From: Camelus dromedarius
Lineage: Eukaryota
DNA: 64,000 nucleotides
Reading direction: 5' to 3'
Assembly (NCBI RefSeq): GCF_036321535.1
Contig: NC_087437.1
Location: 110,920,001 to 110,984,000, forward strand
The position numbers and the translations under genes are program-made. Positions 63,034 to 64,000 of this stretch are shown here, in pieces (positions within the stretch are counted from its first letter, which is position 1; each line of letters starts with the position of its first letter). Below the pieces are notes generated by a model. That model was not told where the DNA came from. It was given only the letters and a program-made list of their open reading frames with translations, and ran no database searches.

Positions 63034-63733
63034 ATCAGCCCTCTTGGAAAATGCAAAGTCACCAGGGAGGAATGACAATCCTAAAGACAACTTCTTAGGA
63101 AGAGAGTTAGTTTAACCAAGGCTTTCTTCCCTGAGGACAGATGTTGGGGGTGGGGTGAAAGAGGGCTCAGAAGGGGGCTGAGGAACCTTGGACATTTTTG
63201 CAGTCATGACAAGCCTTCAATTACAGAGAAAAGACCAAGGAAGCCTCAGTATGCAAACTAACATGCCCAGCAATACAAAGACAAGGTCAGAGAGGCAGGG
63301 CTGGCAGACCAGGTCACACCACAGCCAAGGAGCCCAGCACTGCCTCCTCTTTGCAATGTGCTTGGTTGCATTTTATTTTCTGTGTTTTCACTGAAATGGC
63401 AGTTTGTGGAGAAACTCTCCCACTTGGCTGCGAACAGGCTCTGAGCAACAGCAACACTTCTGCAGAATTGGCAGGGACAGAGCTGTGGAATATTTCAGAA
63501 ACTTCAAGGCAAGGGGACAAACAAACAACCGGAAAAAAAAAAAAAAGGAAAAAAAGAAAAAACCCTCCTCAAAATGTGTTTTGAGGGGAAAGAGCTAGTA
63601 ATCACAAATGATGACCAGGAACACACTCGTGGGTCTCCAAGGGAAAACAGGTTTGATTCCCTTTTTTTCTGCCTCCACCTGCCCCAGTTTGATCTTCAAT
63701 TCATCTCTAACTATAACCACCGTAAGATAGCAG

Positions 63734-63787
63734 GTCTCTGGATGACTTACCAGATCGTATGTCTCTGGATGACTTACCAGATCATAT
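63734..63787. repeat. 27-bp tandem duplication (1 mismatch)
   Basis: GTCTCTGGATGACTTACCAGATC(G/A)TAT x2. Confidence 0.95.
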
Positions 63788-64000
63788 CCTGTTGGATTCT
63801 CTCTTCACTTACACGCAACTTCCACCCTTCCTGCCGGCCCAGTGAGGGTGAGGACCACTCAGTCTCCCCCACTCTTCCCCCCTCCTTTGGCCCCTGGGCC
63901 AGGTGTGACAGACAGGGCATGCCAGAGCCTGTGTCTGCATCCCCACCTGCCTCATACCACACGTTTAGTCTCCATTCTACAGAAGTGTCATCCTCCCCAG

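Overview
This window is mammalian genomic DNA, most likely from a camelid. Eight copies of one tRNA-derived SINE resemble the Tylopoda vic-1 family, and I recognised no Alu, B1/B2, Bov-tA/BovB or PRE-1 elements. Most of the window looks like the 5' part of one large minus-strand gene that I cannot name. The evidence is a CCAAT-rich CpG-island promoter (~54.7-56.7 kb), a non-coding first exon ending at a GTGAGT donor (55985), and a candidate 173-nt exon about 30.5 kb downstream (25424-25252) with a strong-Kozak ATG. The rest is intronic or upstream DNA dense in L1, MaLR/ERVL LTRs, MIR/L2, DNA-transposon fossils and microsatellites. The only recognisable protein-derived sequences are a disrupted processed RPL35 pseudogene and L1 ORF2 remnants; the other ORFs in the track look spurious. 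I found no evidence of a new multi-gene system. The most interesting local oddities are: a 4x37-bp repeat carrying DR2 nuclear-receptor-like sites; a 22-bp-stem hairpin inside a MIR; a retroposed, polyadenylated LTR fragment; an RPL35 retrocopy with (GGGGT)n where the poly(A) tail should be; and an LTR nested inside another LTR. Repeat subfamily names come from recalled consensus similarity and need RepeatMasker/Dfam confirmation. Repeat boundaries are approximate unless a target-site duplication (TSD) is given.
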